Shown here: positions 12,050 to 24,635 of the stretch, piece after piece
Numbering within the stretch: position 1 is the stretch's first letter
Layout: each line of letters begins with the position of its first letter
Origin: Eledone cirrhosa
Lineage: Eukaryota
Assembly (NCBI GenBank): GCA_964016885.1
Contig: OZ024747.1
Coordinates: 36,332,001 to 36,396,000, forward strand
DNA: 64,000 bases
Direction: 5' to 3'
Program-made: the position numbers and the translations under genes
The notes under the pieces: model-generated
Database searches by the model: none
What the model was told of the DNA's origin: nothing
What the model saw: only the letters and a program-made list of their open reading frames with translations

Positions 12050-12862
12050 TCTATATATCTATCTATCTATCTAGAGCGGATAAAATTCCCGAGATCCATG
12101 GACGAGTTCTCTCCAGCGATCTCTGTCCCTCATTATCGATGCCATGTCCTGCATCTCCAATAGACAAGTGTCTGTCCTTGGTCTTCCTCTTCCAGTGTGT
12201 CCATGCTGGGGCTCCCACAGGAGCACTGAGTGCAGTGTCAACTCTGGATGTCGGTGAGCATGTCCAGCTAACCTCAATCTCCTCTGTCTCATTTTTGAGC
12301 TGACCTTTGGGAGGCTCACATACAGCTCTGAATCCTCAGTGTATAGTGATTAATGTTCAGAGCCATCCTCAGTGTATAGTGATTAATGTTCAGAGCCATC
12401 CTCAGCATTCTCGTGTAGCACCTATCCACCATCTGAGTGAGCTTCGTGCTCAGTGTCCAATTCTCAGACCCGGATGATATCGGATGATATCGGATGATAT
12501 CGGATGTTGAATTTACCGACGACATAGTTTTGGTGACAAATACAGGCAGAGGATTTGATGTAGGAAGTTGAGACTGTGTCGATGAATGTGGGGTTGAGAA
12601 TGAATGAGACTAAGACAAAATGTTTCGTAGAGAATGTTGAGAAGCCAGAGGGGATTACTAATCTAGGCGGGAAGTCGCTGGAATTAGTTGAGGACTTCCT
12701 GTATCTGGGAGCAAAGATTGGGTATTCGGAAGATGATGTGGTTGAGAGGAAGAGCAAAGCCCGGGCGGCGCGCCACAGTTTGAGATCGGTGTGGAAGTCG
12801 GACCCTCGTGAAGACCTCAAGATCCGCCTCTTCATTGCTTTAGTGGAGGCTGTGCTGCTGTA
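12050..12862 (-). mobile_element. RTE-clade LINE 3' remnant with 5' inversion and (TAGA)n tail
   Basis: Minus part: GSENWTL..YTRMLRMALNI..RRLRLAGH..GRGRPR. Plus part: GLRMNETKTK..VEDFLYLG..LKIRLF.A.VEAVLLY. Same family as 57488-58900. Confidence 0.8.
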
Positions 12863-13024
12863 TCTATATGTATGTGTATATATACATATGTATACGTGCG
12901 TATTTCTTCCGTTTACTCTATCACTGTCTGGTTTCGTAATTTGATTTACTTTTTATAATTTTGATTCTCTCATATCTCATATTTATATATATTTATACGT
13001 TATTATTTGTGTTTGTATGGCGTA

Positions 13025-13210
13025 GGTGAATCAGCAGTATCGGTAGAGTGTCGGACACCATGCTTTCCAGCATAGTTACGTCCCTTTACGGTCTGAGTTC
13101 AAATCCCGTCGAGGTTAACTTTACCTTTCATCCCTACGGGGTTGATAAACTAAAGTACCAGTAATGCACAGGGTAATGGCTGGCCTTGAGCCAAATGTAC
13201 AAACAATTAT
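13025..13210 (+). mobile_element. tRNA-derived SINE
   Basis: B-box gagttcaaatcc, family core and tail. Confidence 0.8.
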
Positions 13211-13294
13211 TTATGTGTATGTATATATATGTGATCGTACGTATTTTGTGTGTGTGTGTGTATATACCTCTGAGTTTTTTTAATACACGTTTGC

Positions 13295-13328
<34 letters not shown>

Positions 13329-13335
<7 letters not shown>

Positions 13336-13586
13336 AGAAAATAGAGAATCAGTGTTGCGACGAAAGGAATTTATTGGACATATTACAATTGTTTCTCGGG
13401 CGACCAGCTCGAGGCACAATCGATGACCGCGACGATTTCTAGACGTATCAGAGGACTAACGCCATTTCAGACTCAGGTTTGATCACCACATCGATCGTGC
13501 CTCGAGCTGGTCGCCTGAGAAACAATTGTAATATGTCCAATAAATTCCGTTGGTCGCAACGCTGATTCGCTTTTTTTCTGTGATAT
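13329..13586. repeat. ~97-bp imperfect inverted repeat adjacent to (TA)n
   Basis: Arms at 13329-13425 and 13489-13586; a related sequence occurs at ~43330-43390. Confidence 0.85.
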
Positions 13587-14381
13587 CATACTCTGCTCTA
13601 TGAAGGCATCGAGTGCTCATACGGCCTACCGCATACGGACGCTTTAAACAACAATTATATACACACAAACAGCGAACAACAGAGGCCACGTACCGTTCCT
13701 CTCCGACAGATAACTTTCCTCCCCGGAAAACGCCCCAGTTATGGATGCGAATCCGAAATATAGGGACAATTAATTCTCTCCCAAGGTAACTATATCTCGT
13801 ATTATTATTTCTGTTTTTACGCTCTTTCCTACGTTCCTCTACACACTATACATCTCATTCTACATTCCTCTACACCTCTCTCTTCACCACCGGATTCTGT
13901 TACCCAGAGATTTACCCATCCGCATTCTTGAGGCTTCCAAAACGACCCCAAAAAATAAAATGTTATTATTCCACAATGCTTCAAGCAAATTTCAATACTC
14001 TCTTATATATATATATATATTTATGTGTCTATGTGTATGCATATATTTTTATATATGTGTGTGCATGTATGTGTGTATAGTTGTATCATTATTTTTATCT
14101 TCAATTTTATGTATGTGCATGGATATATATATGATTGTGTGTGTACAGGAAATTTTTCCGTTATTTTAAATTAGCCTCAATTTCATTTATAATAGATTTT
14201 AATTTCATATCTTATATCCATAATAAGTTTGTATCATTTGATGAACGAAACAACCGTTTCTGTTAGAATCGTCTAACTTCGTAAAACCTTGGGTAATGGA
14301 ATAATTATATTGTGTTGTTTATTACATAATTATATAGCTTTGTACTATACATAGAGCACTCTTCTTTCCTCAACATTTACT

Positions 14382-14429
<48 letters not shown>

Positions 14430-17400
14430 GTTTATCAACATAGTTGATTATAGTTTGGCCTTAACAAAATTAATAGATTAATAATTTCTACTCACTGGTC
14501 AACTGTTATTACCACATATCAGTTTCCGGAAAACATTTTGTTTCAACTCCTAGACCTTGAATGGAACCCTACTCCACGAGTATATAACATTTCAAAATTG
14601 ATTTCAATTGCTTCTTGCTCATGAGTCACGTAGTCACATTATAATATACACAATATAAGTTCCCCAACTAAAAGCATAAGAAGAAAATTGTTTTCACTTC
14701 TCAGATCACTGTCCCACATATATCTAATTAAAGTGCCTTAGCACAATAATATAAGGGCAATGTGAAGGAAGTATGTTTTTCATAATATTACAGTTTACAA
14801 GTACCTGATTGGCAATAACACAAACTGATAATACACCGGTTCATTGTGCCAAGTTAACTGAAATGTTTCACTGAAGTATCTAAATAGAGAATTTACTTTG
14901 ACCTGGATAGTTTCCAGGCTTGAACACTATTAACTATTCATAGCAGATCATTAAGGCGAAGCTGTAATCTAAAGTATTTAAGAGTAAATAAAATAATCTT
15001 TATTTCCAACAGTCCATGAAGAATGCAACAAATTAGCGTCTCTGACAATATGATTTAGTGGGTAAAATACAAAAGGCACAAAAAAAAAAAGAATGCAATG
15101 TAAAGTTAAGCAAAATGCAAATGGTTTATGTCACAGACAATAATTATTAATGTTTAGAATAAGCATATATTTCACTTTCATAATATCTGAATACAATATG
15201 CGATGACGTTTAAAAAGATTGTTTGCAGATATTGCAATATTTTCAACCGACTGCATCTAGACACTCACATGAATCAGAACTCTATAAATTTAACTCTAAT
15301 TTGGCATTGAACCTTCTTATACATCTACCAATACATCATTATTGCTTGGATCAACAGAATAAAGGAAAACAATTTAATAGTGTCAGTATATTCTACTCTA
15401 TTTGTGTTATATAACTCAGGACATCACCAACCCATTAAAGAACGTGCAAACATTTAATACATACAACCACAGATACACACGCAAAAACATATTTCTCAGA
15501 CACATATATAAATAGATAAAAAGATAAACTTATATTTTGAATTCCAAAGCAAGGCGAGTCGAGAGAAAAATAAGCTTATAGTAGAGATATTTACACTCAC
15601 ATCAATTACTCTTACTGTAGTTTCAAAAGGTAAGCGCAATACTAATTATCTCAATCAATGAAGACATTCAATATCGCGAGACATGTTTATCGCAAGAGGA
15701 AGCCTTCAATCATGAGAAAATTCATCCTCCATGTGAATTGCGTAATATTACTCTCCATTATACAAACATATAGATTTATATCAATATTTATACACACACA
15801 CACACAATTATTTATACACACACACACATAAACCTATCAGAGTCGCGATTTATTCACAACTTCTAAAAAAATCATAGTATATGTATATAATAAATACACA
15901 TATCGTATATGATTCCATGTATGATTAAGGATATATTTCCTGCTTTACCTTTCTTTCAGAGATATATATGTCTAAAACTTTGGTATTCTTAATTACTATA
16001 CACATAATAACGAAATTAAATCTTCCGGCTTACTTCTGTACACGAGTATAAATAGTACTAGTTATGTGTTTAAATTCCGATTATATATATTCGGTGATAT
16101 TATACTAGGTTTCTACCTTTTTTAGGGCAAATCCAAGTGTATTCAAATTTCACGACGTTAAAAGCTCTAAGTCAAGTTACTGGTCGTATTGCTGGAGTTT
16201 CGTTTGAAATATTCTGCATTACTTCTTTCAGGGAGTTTCCTTATCCTACATAATTTGGCAAACAGACTAAAATTAAAACAAAATAAGGAATTGGAAAAAC
16301 ATTTATTTATTTTAAAGCATTATACTGGCACGAAATATATTTGCTGACAAATTCTATGTCAATGCCGATTTTAATACAATGTTTGCATTAGCTTTTATTT
16401 ATGAAATAATGTGTTTTATTACAGAAGATTATTATTGATAAGTTCTAAATCAGAAACTGAAGAATGCAATGCATATATAGTTGATTAGCTATATAAAGCT
16501 ACATCAAAATATGTATAACAGTATTAGAGCCGATTTATCATTCTCCTTAAAAATGATAAATATTCTCTGACATCAAGCGGAAATTGCAGAGTACCTACAT
16601 TCAAAATACTTAAACCTGGAAAAAAACATAAAAAATAAATGTTTTAACGAAAAGAGATACAGCATTTAAAGAACTTAAAATTTAATGCAGACAGAGCAGT
16701 TCTATTTCATCGAAAATGAGAGAATTACAGAAAACAATAATCATTATACAAATATTTATGACTACCTTAATAGAAGTGAATTAAATATGAATACATCACA
16801 GTTAAAATATATATAAATAAAGTAGTTAATCTTTCTCTAATAGTCACAACTTTGAATGCTTGAGATGCAATATTTTTCCAATATAATAAAATTGCATGTA
16901 AATCAAGGAATTATACACAATAAAAATTAAGATGTAATACATTAATAAAGTAAGAATAAACAAATAATAATTTACAAAACTATGTAATATCCAGAAATTT
17001 GCAAGTTGATAAAGAGGACAGCCATTCTTTTTATTCTCCATTTCCATATGAATATAAAATTCACTAGTGTAAATCACCCGATTTTATACAATATCCAGGT
17101 CACTGCTCTGAAATGAATCCACGAAGATATGAAATACAATTTACACGTTAAATTTTATTCCTGCAATATCAATAGGAATGAAAAAGAAATAATAGGAATA
17201 TTAATGCTATGAAGCTAAACAGCATGTTATATTGAATTTTAACGGATCTAGAAATGACAGAGAAATTAAAATGATCGATTATTATTTCACGTAGTTCTGA
17301 GACATATCTTGAGCCTGTTTTCTGTAGAGCATAACATACCATTGCCTAATAACCTAATTACTTGTGAATGACATTTGGTAGACGGAACATATGCAGCTGC

Positions 17401-17851
17401 ACAATAATTATGTATATATAGGTGAATGTACCAAAATATGTATGTGTTTATACGTGTCTATGTGTAAGTGTGTGTGTAAGTGTGTAAGTGTACTTATGTA
17501 TGAAATTACATATATATTTAAATTTGACAGATCGCCACTGAACACCGATTAAGCATGTTATGGAATAAAACCTGCTGCATGATCATATCCTTGGGGAGGA
17601 CACTGGCAATGCCACCAAAGCTACTTGCAGAGGGAAACAGTTTTAGACTTCTTACGTAATGAAAAACGAAATGAAAACAAACAAGAAAAGTTCACCAAAA
17701 TAAATATTTAAAAAGATTTTCATGGAAAAGTGTGTACATATGCTTCTTGTATATGTACTGACATTCATATGCATATGTATGTACAAACACACACACACAC
17801 ACACGTATACATACACATATATACATATACACAAACACACACACATACATA

Positions 17852-17943
<92 letters not shown>

Positions 17944-17949
17944 TCATTA

Positions 17950-18883
17950 TCTATAAAAGGCAGATTGTTGTTGTCGTGTGTGTGTGTGTACATGTTCCAT
18001 GTTTATACATGTGCACAATTTCAAATCGATTCGACTCAAAGTCTGTAAGAATGTTGTAAATATTTATTTCATTCAACCTCCCCCACAATTATGGAAATAA
18101 TCGATAAAACTAAAAACATAATAGAATCTGATGACCTCTCTCTACTCCCCATAAAATTCGATAAAATTACATACATGCTTACAAACTTCCTTTAGGAACG
18201 CCGAAGAGAGAGTGAAGACAGTGAGAGGGAGAGAGAGAACGTTTGTTTTTGAGTGTGGAATGGTCAAACATTTATTTACTTCAATGACAAAGAGAACTTA
18301 TTACATTTCATACGAAACAACAATTATTCAAAAGCAACAAATAAATTTATTCAACAACACAAAAAAAGCGATAAATCTTTTTTAAAACCTCTCAACGAAC
18401 GTGGAAGAAAGAAGTATCAGTTTATTTACAATACACAATAATATACTCTATGAGGTCACTAAACCTGCTAGAAACAGCAGCTAACTCTCCCCCTTATCAC
18501 ATCACTCCCTACTGTCTTAAATTTAGAAAACATATCCTCTATGAAGTCACTAAACCTGCTAGAAATAGCAGCTAACTCTCCCCCATATCACACCACTCCC
18601 TACTGTCTTAAATTTAGACAGCTCTGTTGTTCGGTTGGCATCGTCTACGCGCGTGTTGCGCAAGTACTGTGAAACAATAAATTTCACCACTTCTTTGTAC
18701 AGAGATAATATCCATAGGCGAAACTACAATGGCCACTGCTGGCGCAGCTCCTGCTTCGGCAGTCCAGGTCTGCAATTCATTCACCCAGTACCTGGCAGAC
18801 AAAAAAGTGCTGCCATAAAATGGGTGGTGCAACCTAACTTTGGTAACTTACTGACCCCGATCCACGCCGGGCTTTAATGCTAG
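17950..18883 (+). mobile_element. Non-autonomous Helitron-like element, copy 1
   Basis: Starts with TC after an A. Ends with a subterminal hairpin (ccc..ccacgccggg) and CTAG followed by T. Contains two 91-bp units. Confidence 0.75.
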
Positions 18884-18885
18884 TT

Positions 18886-19984
18886 TCTATAAAAGGCAGA
18901 TTGTTGTTGTTGTTGTGTGTGTGCATGTTCCATGTTTATACATTTGGACAATTTCAAACCGATTCGAATCAACGTATGTAAGAATGTTGTAAATGATGTA
19001 ACTTAGATCACCGACTATTTATTTCATTCAAACTCACCAACAATTATGGAAATAATCGATAAAACTAAATACATGACGCTTTATCCCTCTAATACAATCA
19101 GATTTACTCTCTCTACTCCACTTAACATTTGGTAAAACTACATATATGCTGCAACTTTTTCTTATATACGATTAAACTTACAAACTTTAAGAGAGAGAGA
19201 GAGAGGGCACGTTTGTTTTTGAGTGTGGAACGGTCAAACTTTTATTTACTTCAATGACAAAGAGAACTTATTACATTTCATATGAAACAACAACTATTCA
19301 AAAGCAACAGTAAAATTTATTCAACAACAAAAAAAATAGCGATAATTATTTTTAAAAATATCTTTCAACGAACGTGGAAGAAAGAAGTATCAGTTCATTT
19401 ACTATACACAATAATATCCTCTATGAGGTCACTAAACCTGCTAGAAACAGCTGCTAACTTTCCCCCGTATCACACCATTCCCTACTGTCTTAAATTTGGA
19501 AAACATATCCTCTGTGACGTCAGCAAACCTGCTAGAAACAGCAGCTGACTCTCCCCCATATCACACCACTCCCTACTGTCTTAAATTTAGAAAGCATATC
19601 CTCTATGAGGTCAATAAACCTGCTAGAAACAGCAGCTAACTCTCCCCATATCACACCCCTCCCTACTGTCTTAAATTTAGAAAACACACATTAGACAACC
19701 ATGCAGAACAACTCCATCGCAGCTCTGTTGTTCGGCTGGCATCGTCTACGCGCGTTTTGCGCAAGTACTGTGAAACAATAAATTTTAACACTTGTTTGCA
19801 CAGAGATAATATCCATAGGTGAAATTACAATTGTCACTGCTGGTGCAGCTCCTGCTTCGACATTCCAAGTCTGCAATTCATTCTCCCAGTGTCTGGCAGA
19901 CAAAAAAGTCCTGCAATAAAATGGGTGGTGCAACCTAACTTTGGTAACTGACTGACCCAGAGCAACGCCGGGCTTTATTGGTAG
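18886..19984 (+). mobile_element. Non-autonomous Helitron-like element, tandem copy 2
   Basis: Same 5' TCTATAAAAGGCAG start; 3' end cccagagcaacgccggg...GTAG (mutated CTAG). Contains three 91-bp units. Confidence 0.75.
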
Positions 19985-20223
19985 TATATATATATATATA
20001 TTTCGTTTCTGAATTTGTTTAGCAAGATTCTTTATCTGAAATCGTGTGTTGAAACCGATATTGTTATACTTTGGGAGGGTCATGTTGCCAATAAGAAACA
20101 CACGCACCAGTTACTTTCACTTCAATTTATTATATATTTATAAATTTATAAATTTACAAATCTACAAATTTATAAATTTCTGGTTGGTTGATTGGTTCCA
20201 CAACCAGATAGTTGTTTATATAT

Positions 20224-20268
20224 AGTCATAGTCCTTTCGTCACACACTCTGTGACCTCTTCAGTGACT
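20224..20268 (-). ncRNA. Hammerhead ribozyme motif in pLTR (extra G after core)
   Basis: agtca CTGAAGA g gtcaca-gagtg-tgtgac GAAA ggac TA tgact. Confidence 0.72.
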
Positions 20269-20470
20269 GGGGATTCCTTTCTTTGTTTCTGTGCCTTTCC
20301 TTTCTTCTGTCCTACGCCATTTTGTTTCTGTGTGTGTGTTGTGTGCTCAGTTTGCGCATGCGCCACATCCGGGTGTCTGTGTGTTTGTGTTCATTTATCT
20401 ATTTGTTTATTTATTTACATGTTATTGGTTGGTTGCTTGTTCTATGTGTGTGTGTGTTTTCATTTTGTCC

Positions 20471-23400
20471 TTAATTGTAAGTTGTGATGTTGCTGTTCCA
20501 CTCATATTTTCTATTTAATTTTGGTTGTAATTCTTTTATGTTTATTGCCTCTGTAATCTGTCTAAACATTGCATCTTTTCTGTGTGTAGATTCTATTTTT
20601 ATTTCTATGTTCTCTAATTTACCCTTGTGTTCTATCTTAGCATGTTGGTAGAGTACAGATGATTCTTTATTATCTTGAAGGTCTCGCCAGTGTTCATTTA
20701 TCCGTTCCCCTATACTACGAGCTGTCTCACCTATGTACACTATATTTTTTTTCTCCATTGTCCTTCAGTACATCTTATGCTATACACTACATTTCTAGTT
20801 TTACAGTTAATATGGGGGCTTATTTTACAGGTTATACATTTCTTATCTATATATGAGGGTCTTTGGAACGGGTATGTCTTGCTAATAAGTGTTTTTACGG
20901 AGGTACCTGGTCTTTCTACTATCTTAATATTGAGTTTATGTTTATTTAGGGCCCTTCTAAATTTGTAGGCTAGTTCGCCTCTAGGGGTTGTATCGATGAA
21001 CATTACACTCTGGTATTTATTGCTATCATACCATGAGTTTATTATATTGGCCTTGTTCCTAGTTCTTTCTATTCTATTCCAAAATGTGCTCCTATACAAG
21101 GGGCAGGTCCCATTTATGTCATTATTTACCATTTTTTCCCATTTGGTTCTGGCTCCTCTATACACTCTGATTTTATCTCTCTGGTTGTAGCCAGAGAACT
21201 GCATACGGTGGATGAAGTGTTGTATGTGTCTCTCTAGTTCTTCGGGGTTGCACATGCGGGACACATTTCTCATCACCCGTACCAAATCCGCAATCAGTAT
21301 GTTGATTTTGGTATGGTCCGAAATGGCCGAGTTTCGGTGGATCAGATGTTTGGAAGTCATGGGTTTGGCATAATGGGAATGGAGGATTTGTTTTTGGTTG
21401 TTAATGGTATCTAACCAGAGCTCTGTGTCTAGTACAGGTAATCGATGGTTGGGGTGTCTACTTGGGTAGTCTATAGTAACTCTAATGCTCTGGTGGATGG
21501 AGTTTGCTATTTGCTGGATGCTTTCCATTGTGTTTTTCTCTAGTTCCTGACTGTTCTCTAGTGGGGGCGTCTTAACTACGATGTTTATATCATCTACGTA
21601 GCGGGAGTACATTATCAGGGTTAAGCTGTCTTCTAATTGTTCTTTCAGTTTAAGTTTAAGTCTACTGTCCCACCATACCATGAATAAGTTAGCTATGTCG
21701 CCTGCAATGCTAACACCAATGGCTGCTCCTTCCTCTTGGGCATATGTTTTTCCATTAAATTTGAACATATGTTCCTTAAGGGTTAATTTTATACTGGCCC
21801 CTAACGCATGTGCAATCATTTTCTTCAGTTCATCGTGGTTTTCGGGTGTCCGTATGGCTCTGGTCCACCCGTTCCATCTATCTGTGTGGGTTTTCTTGTC
21901 CATTGAGGTAATGGTAGGTGGTCTACCTCTTGCTGGTCTTGTAGGGCACAGGTTGCTAAGGTCATCTGTGTCTAGGTAACTATTACTATGGGTTAGCTTA
22001 AGTAGAAGTCCCAGTTCAATGATATCAATCCCACGGAACCCAACCTTGCCCTCGCTGATCATTTCTACGCATTTCTCCACAGCAAAATCCACGTCAATAG
22101 ATGGATACACGGACACAACATCCATACTGCCTATTATGCAGTTTGTTAGGTCCCCAGATCGGTTACTCACGCCGATTCTGCTGAGGAGGTCCTCCGTGCT
22201 GTCACATACATCTGGGGACATCTCAATGATGGGGCGTATGATCAGGGAGAGGAAGTAGGACAGTCTTTAGTTACTAGCAATGTTAGCTCCACAGACTGGC
22301 CGTGTTGGTGGTCCCGCGACAGGGTCACAGCCCGTTTTATTGTCTTTTCGAAGCCCATACAACGCCGGCACGTCATTGTTCCAGGCCTGGAAGTTGTTGG
22401 CAGTCCTTTTGTTGGGCTGCATTATATTCGTCCACATCACCATATGGGCATTGAGGGCTTTTTCTCTATCCTCATGCTCCTGTGGTGTTACCTCTCTTGT
22501 GTTAGTGATGTGGGCTTGCTTTGCCTGGAATTAGTTTGGCAGGCTGTCAACCGACATTCTGCCAGACTTGTCTGTTGGAAATCATGCTATCTCTCCATTA
22601 CGTGAGCGCTGCATGAGCTTACGCAAGCCATTTGCAGATTTTTCTCCAAGTTGCTGGGCCTCTATTCTATTATGCTTCTTGCTATACTGTTCTATAATAT
22701 TTCTAAGTTCAGATCTAGCTATACTAAATTGTGCTTCTGTTTGTTCATCGACCTGCGACCGCAACTGCGTGCGTTTGTTAAATGGTAAAGTCGTGGCATG
22801 GACTCGTCGCAGGTCGAATGATTTATCGGAGGGATTATAAAACGGAGAGTTCCAGGCTGCTGCTTTATGTGTACTAGTGCTATTGTTATTGTTAGTTGTG
22901 TTGTTTCTATTTCTATTTCCACCAACAGACTCATGGTTGTTTCTATGTGTCTCATAATTACTCCTGTCTCTTTCCACTGGCTCAATGTTGTTATCTACCC
23001 TATTTTGTGTGTCTGTGTGTTCGTCTTGGTTATTCCCTTTGTCCTTAGTCTCCCATCTCCTTTTCCTTTTAAACCTATTACTTTCCCTTATTTCTCTAAT
23101 TTCTGTGCTACTGTCATTACTTGTTTTCTGTGTCTGTGTATTTGTTAAGATTGTGGTGGTGGTGAGAGGCATTGAATGCGTGTGTGTTGTTGTTGTTGAT
23201 GTGTGCTGTTGTTGATGTGTGTTGTTGTTGTCTCCGTGTGTGTTATCGTTGTTGTGTGTGTTGTTATTGTTGTTTGTGTCTGCGTGTCTGTTGTTGTTGT
23301 TTCTGGGTATGTTGTTATTGTTGTTGTTGTTATTGTTGTTTGTGTCTGTGTGTCTGCTGTTCTTGGGATGTGTGTTGTATATGTGTGTGCGTATATTGTT

Positions 23401-24144
23401 GCTTTTGTTTTTGATGCTCCAGCGTAGTTTTGTAAATGATTTTTCTATTCCTGACAGACAACTAATCATATTTACCTTCTTGAATGTCGCAAATTTCGGC
23501 GGCAAACATAACACAGACATTTCATCATTATCTATTTTTGCGTTCCCATATATGTTGGTGTTTTTGTTGTTGAACTCTTCTGATAATGAGGTGTCGGCCA
23601 TGTTGATACCGTCAATTTTGTCGGGATATCTATTGGTATACTCTATAGTATCCTGACTTAGCTTTGCATGTTTAAGCCACTTTAGTTTCCTGTTAAAGTG
23701 CTTATCATATTTTTGAGTAATGTACTGTTCTTCAGGGCGTATAAGGCTTATAAATATTAGTTTCTCTCTTGGTGTGGTGATCCTAGCTATTTCTTGTATT
23801 AGGTTACGCTTTTATTTTTCTTGATGACTTAATTCTCTATAGATCTTCTTTTTTATGTTTAGAATTAATGTTCGTTTTAGCCTATCTGCTTGTTTTTTGG
23901 TGAGTTGTAATCTTCTAACGTCGGTATTGATGGTGTTGGTGTAGATTCTGGACGAGGCACACTGCTTTATGAAGGATAGTTGTCGAGATGTTATGGTTTT
24001 TCGTAGACAACAGAACATGGTGGTTTTCAGTATCTTGTTAGCCTGGCTAAGGCTTACGATATTTCGTTTCTGAATTTGTTTAGCAAGATTCTTTATCTGA
24101 AATCGTGTGTTGAAACCGATATTGTTATACTTTGGGAGGGTCAT
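20471..24144 (-). pseudogene. PLE polyprotein (~1220 codons; RT + GIY-YIG) with four in-frame stops and one frameshift near 20750
   Basis: ORFs starting at 24168, 23601 and 22221 are in one frame. Motifs: PTDKSG, LYGLRKD.K, RPVCG, SMDVVS.YPSI, GAAIG, RYVDD, LPVLD, VVYSIRC, YIGET.R...R..EH. Confidence 0.9.
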
Positions 24145-24284
24145 GTTGCCAATAAGAAACACACGCACCAGTTGCTTTCACTTCAATTTATTATATATTT
24201 ATAAATTTATAAATTTACAAATCTACAAATTTATAAATTTCTGGTTGGTTGGTTGGTTCCACAACCAGATAGTTGTTTATATAT

Positions 24285-24329
24285 AGTCATAGTCCTTTCG
24301 TCACACACTCTGTGACCTCTTCAGTGACT
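24285..24329 (-). ncRNA. Hammerhead ribozyme motif in upstream pLTR
   Basis: Identical to 20224-20268. Confidence 0.72.
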
Positions 24330-24635
24330 GGGGATTCCTTTCTTTGTTTCTGTGCCTTTCCTTTCTTCTGTCCTACGCCATTTTGTTTCTGTGTGCGTGT
24401 TGTGTGCTCAGTTTGCGCATGCGCCTCATCCGGGTGTCTGTGTGTGTTTGTGTTCATTTATCTATTTGTTTATTTATTTACATGTTATTGGTTGGTTGCT
24501 TGTTCTATGTGTGTGTGTGTTTTCATTTTGTCCTTAATTGTAAGTTGTGATGTTGCTGTTCCACTCATATTTTCTATTTAATTTTGGTTGTAATTCTTTT
24601 ATGTTTATTGCCTCTATAAAGACGATATAACGTGA

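Noticed and set aside
14160-17500. Long AT-rich unique stretch as gene or UTR
   Set aside because: No convincing ORF or splice-consistent exon found by eye.
17652-18048. ORFs rich in IY/CV/HT dipeptides (also near 5447, 10198, 30131, 31117, 36087, 62027)
   Set aside because: Translations of (TA)n/(CA)n microsatellites.
18446-19680. 91-bp repeats as a CRISPR-like array
   Set aside because: Contiguous tandem units without unique spacers, in a eukaryotic context with no cas genes.
22582-22584. In-frame TGA at a likely Cys position before the PTDKSG box, suggesting a selenocysteine-coding PLE (as in some Naiads)
   Set aside because: The same copy has TAA stops at 23812, 22531 and 22267, and the inverted copy shows TAC for the last one, so C-to-A decay explains TGC to TGA. 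Other conserved Cys codons are TGT and no SECIS was identified. A family consensus would settle it.
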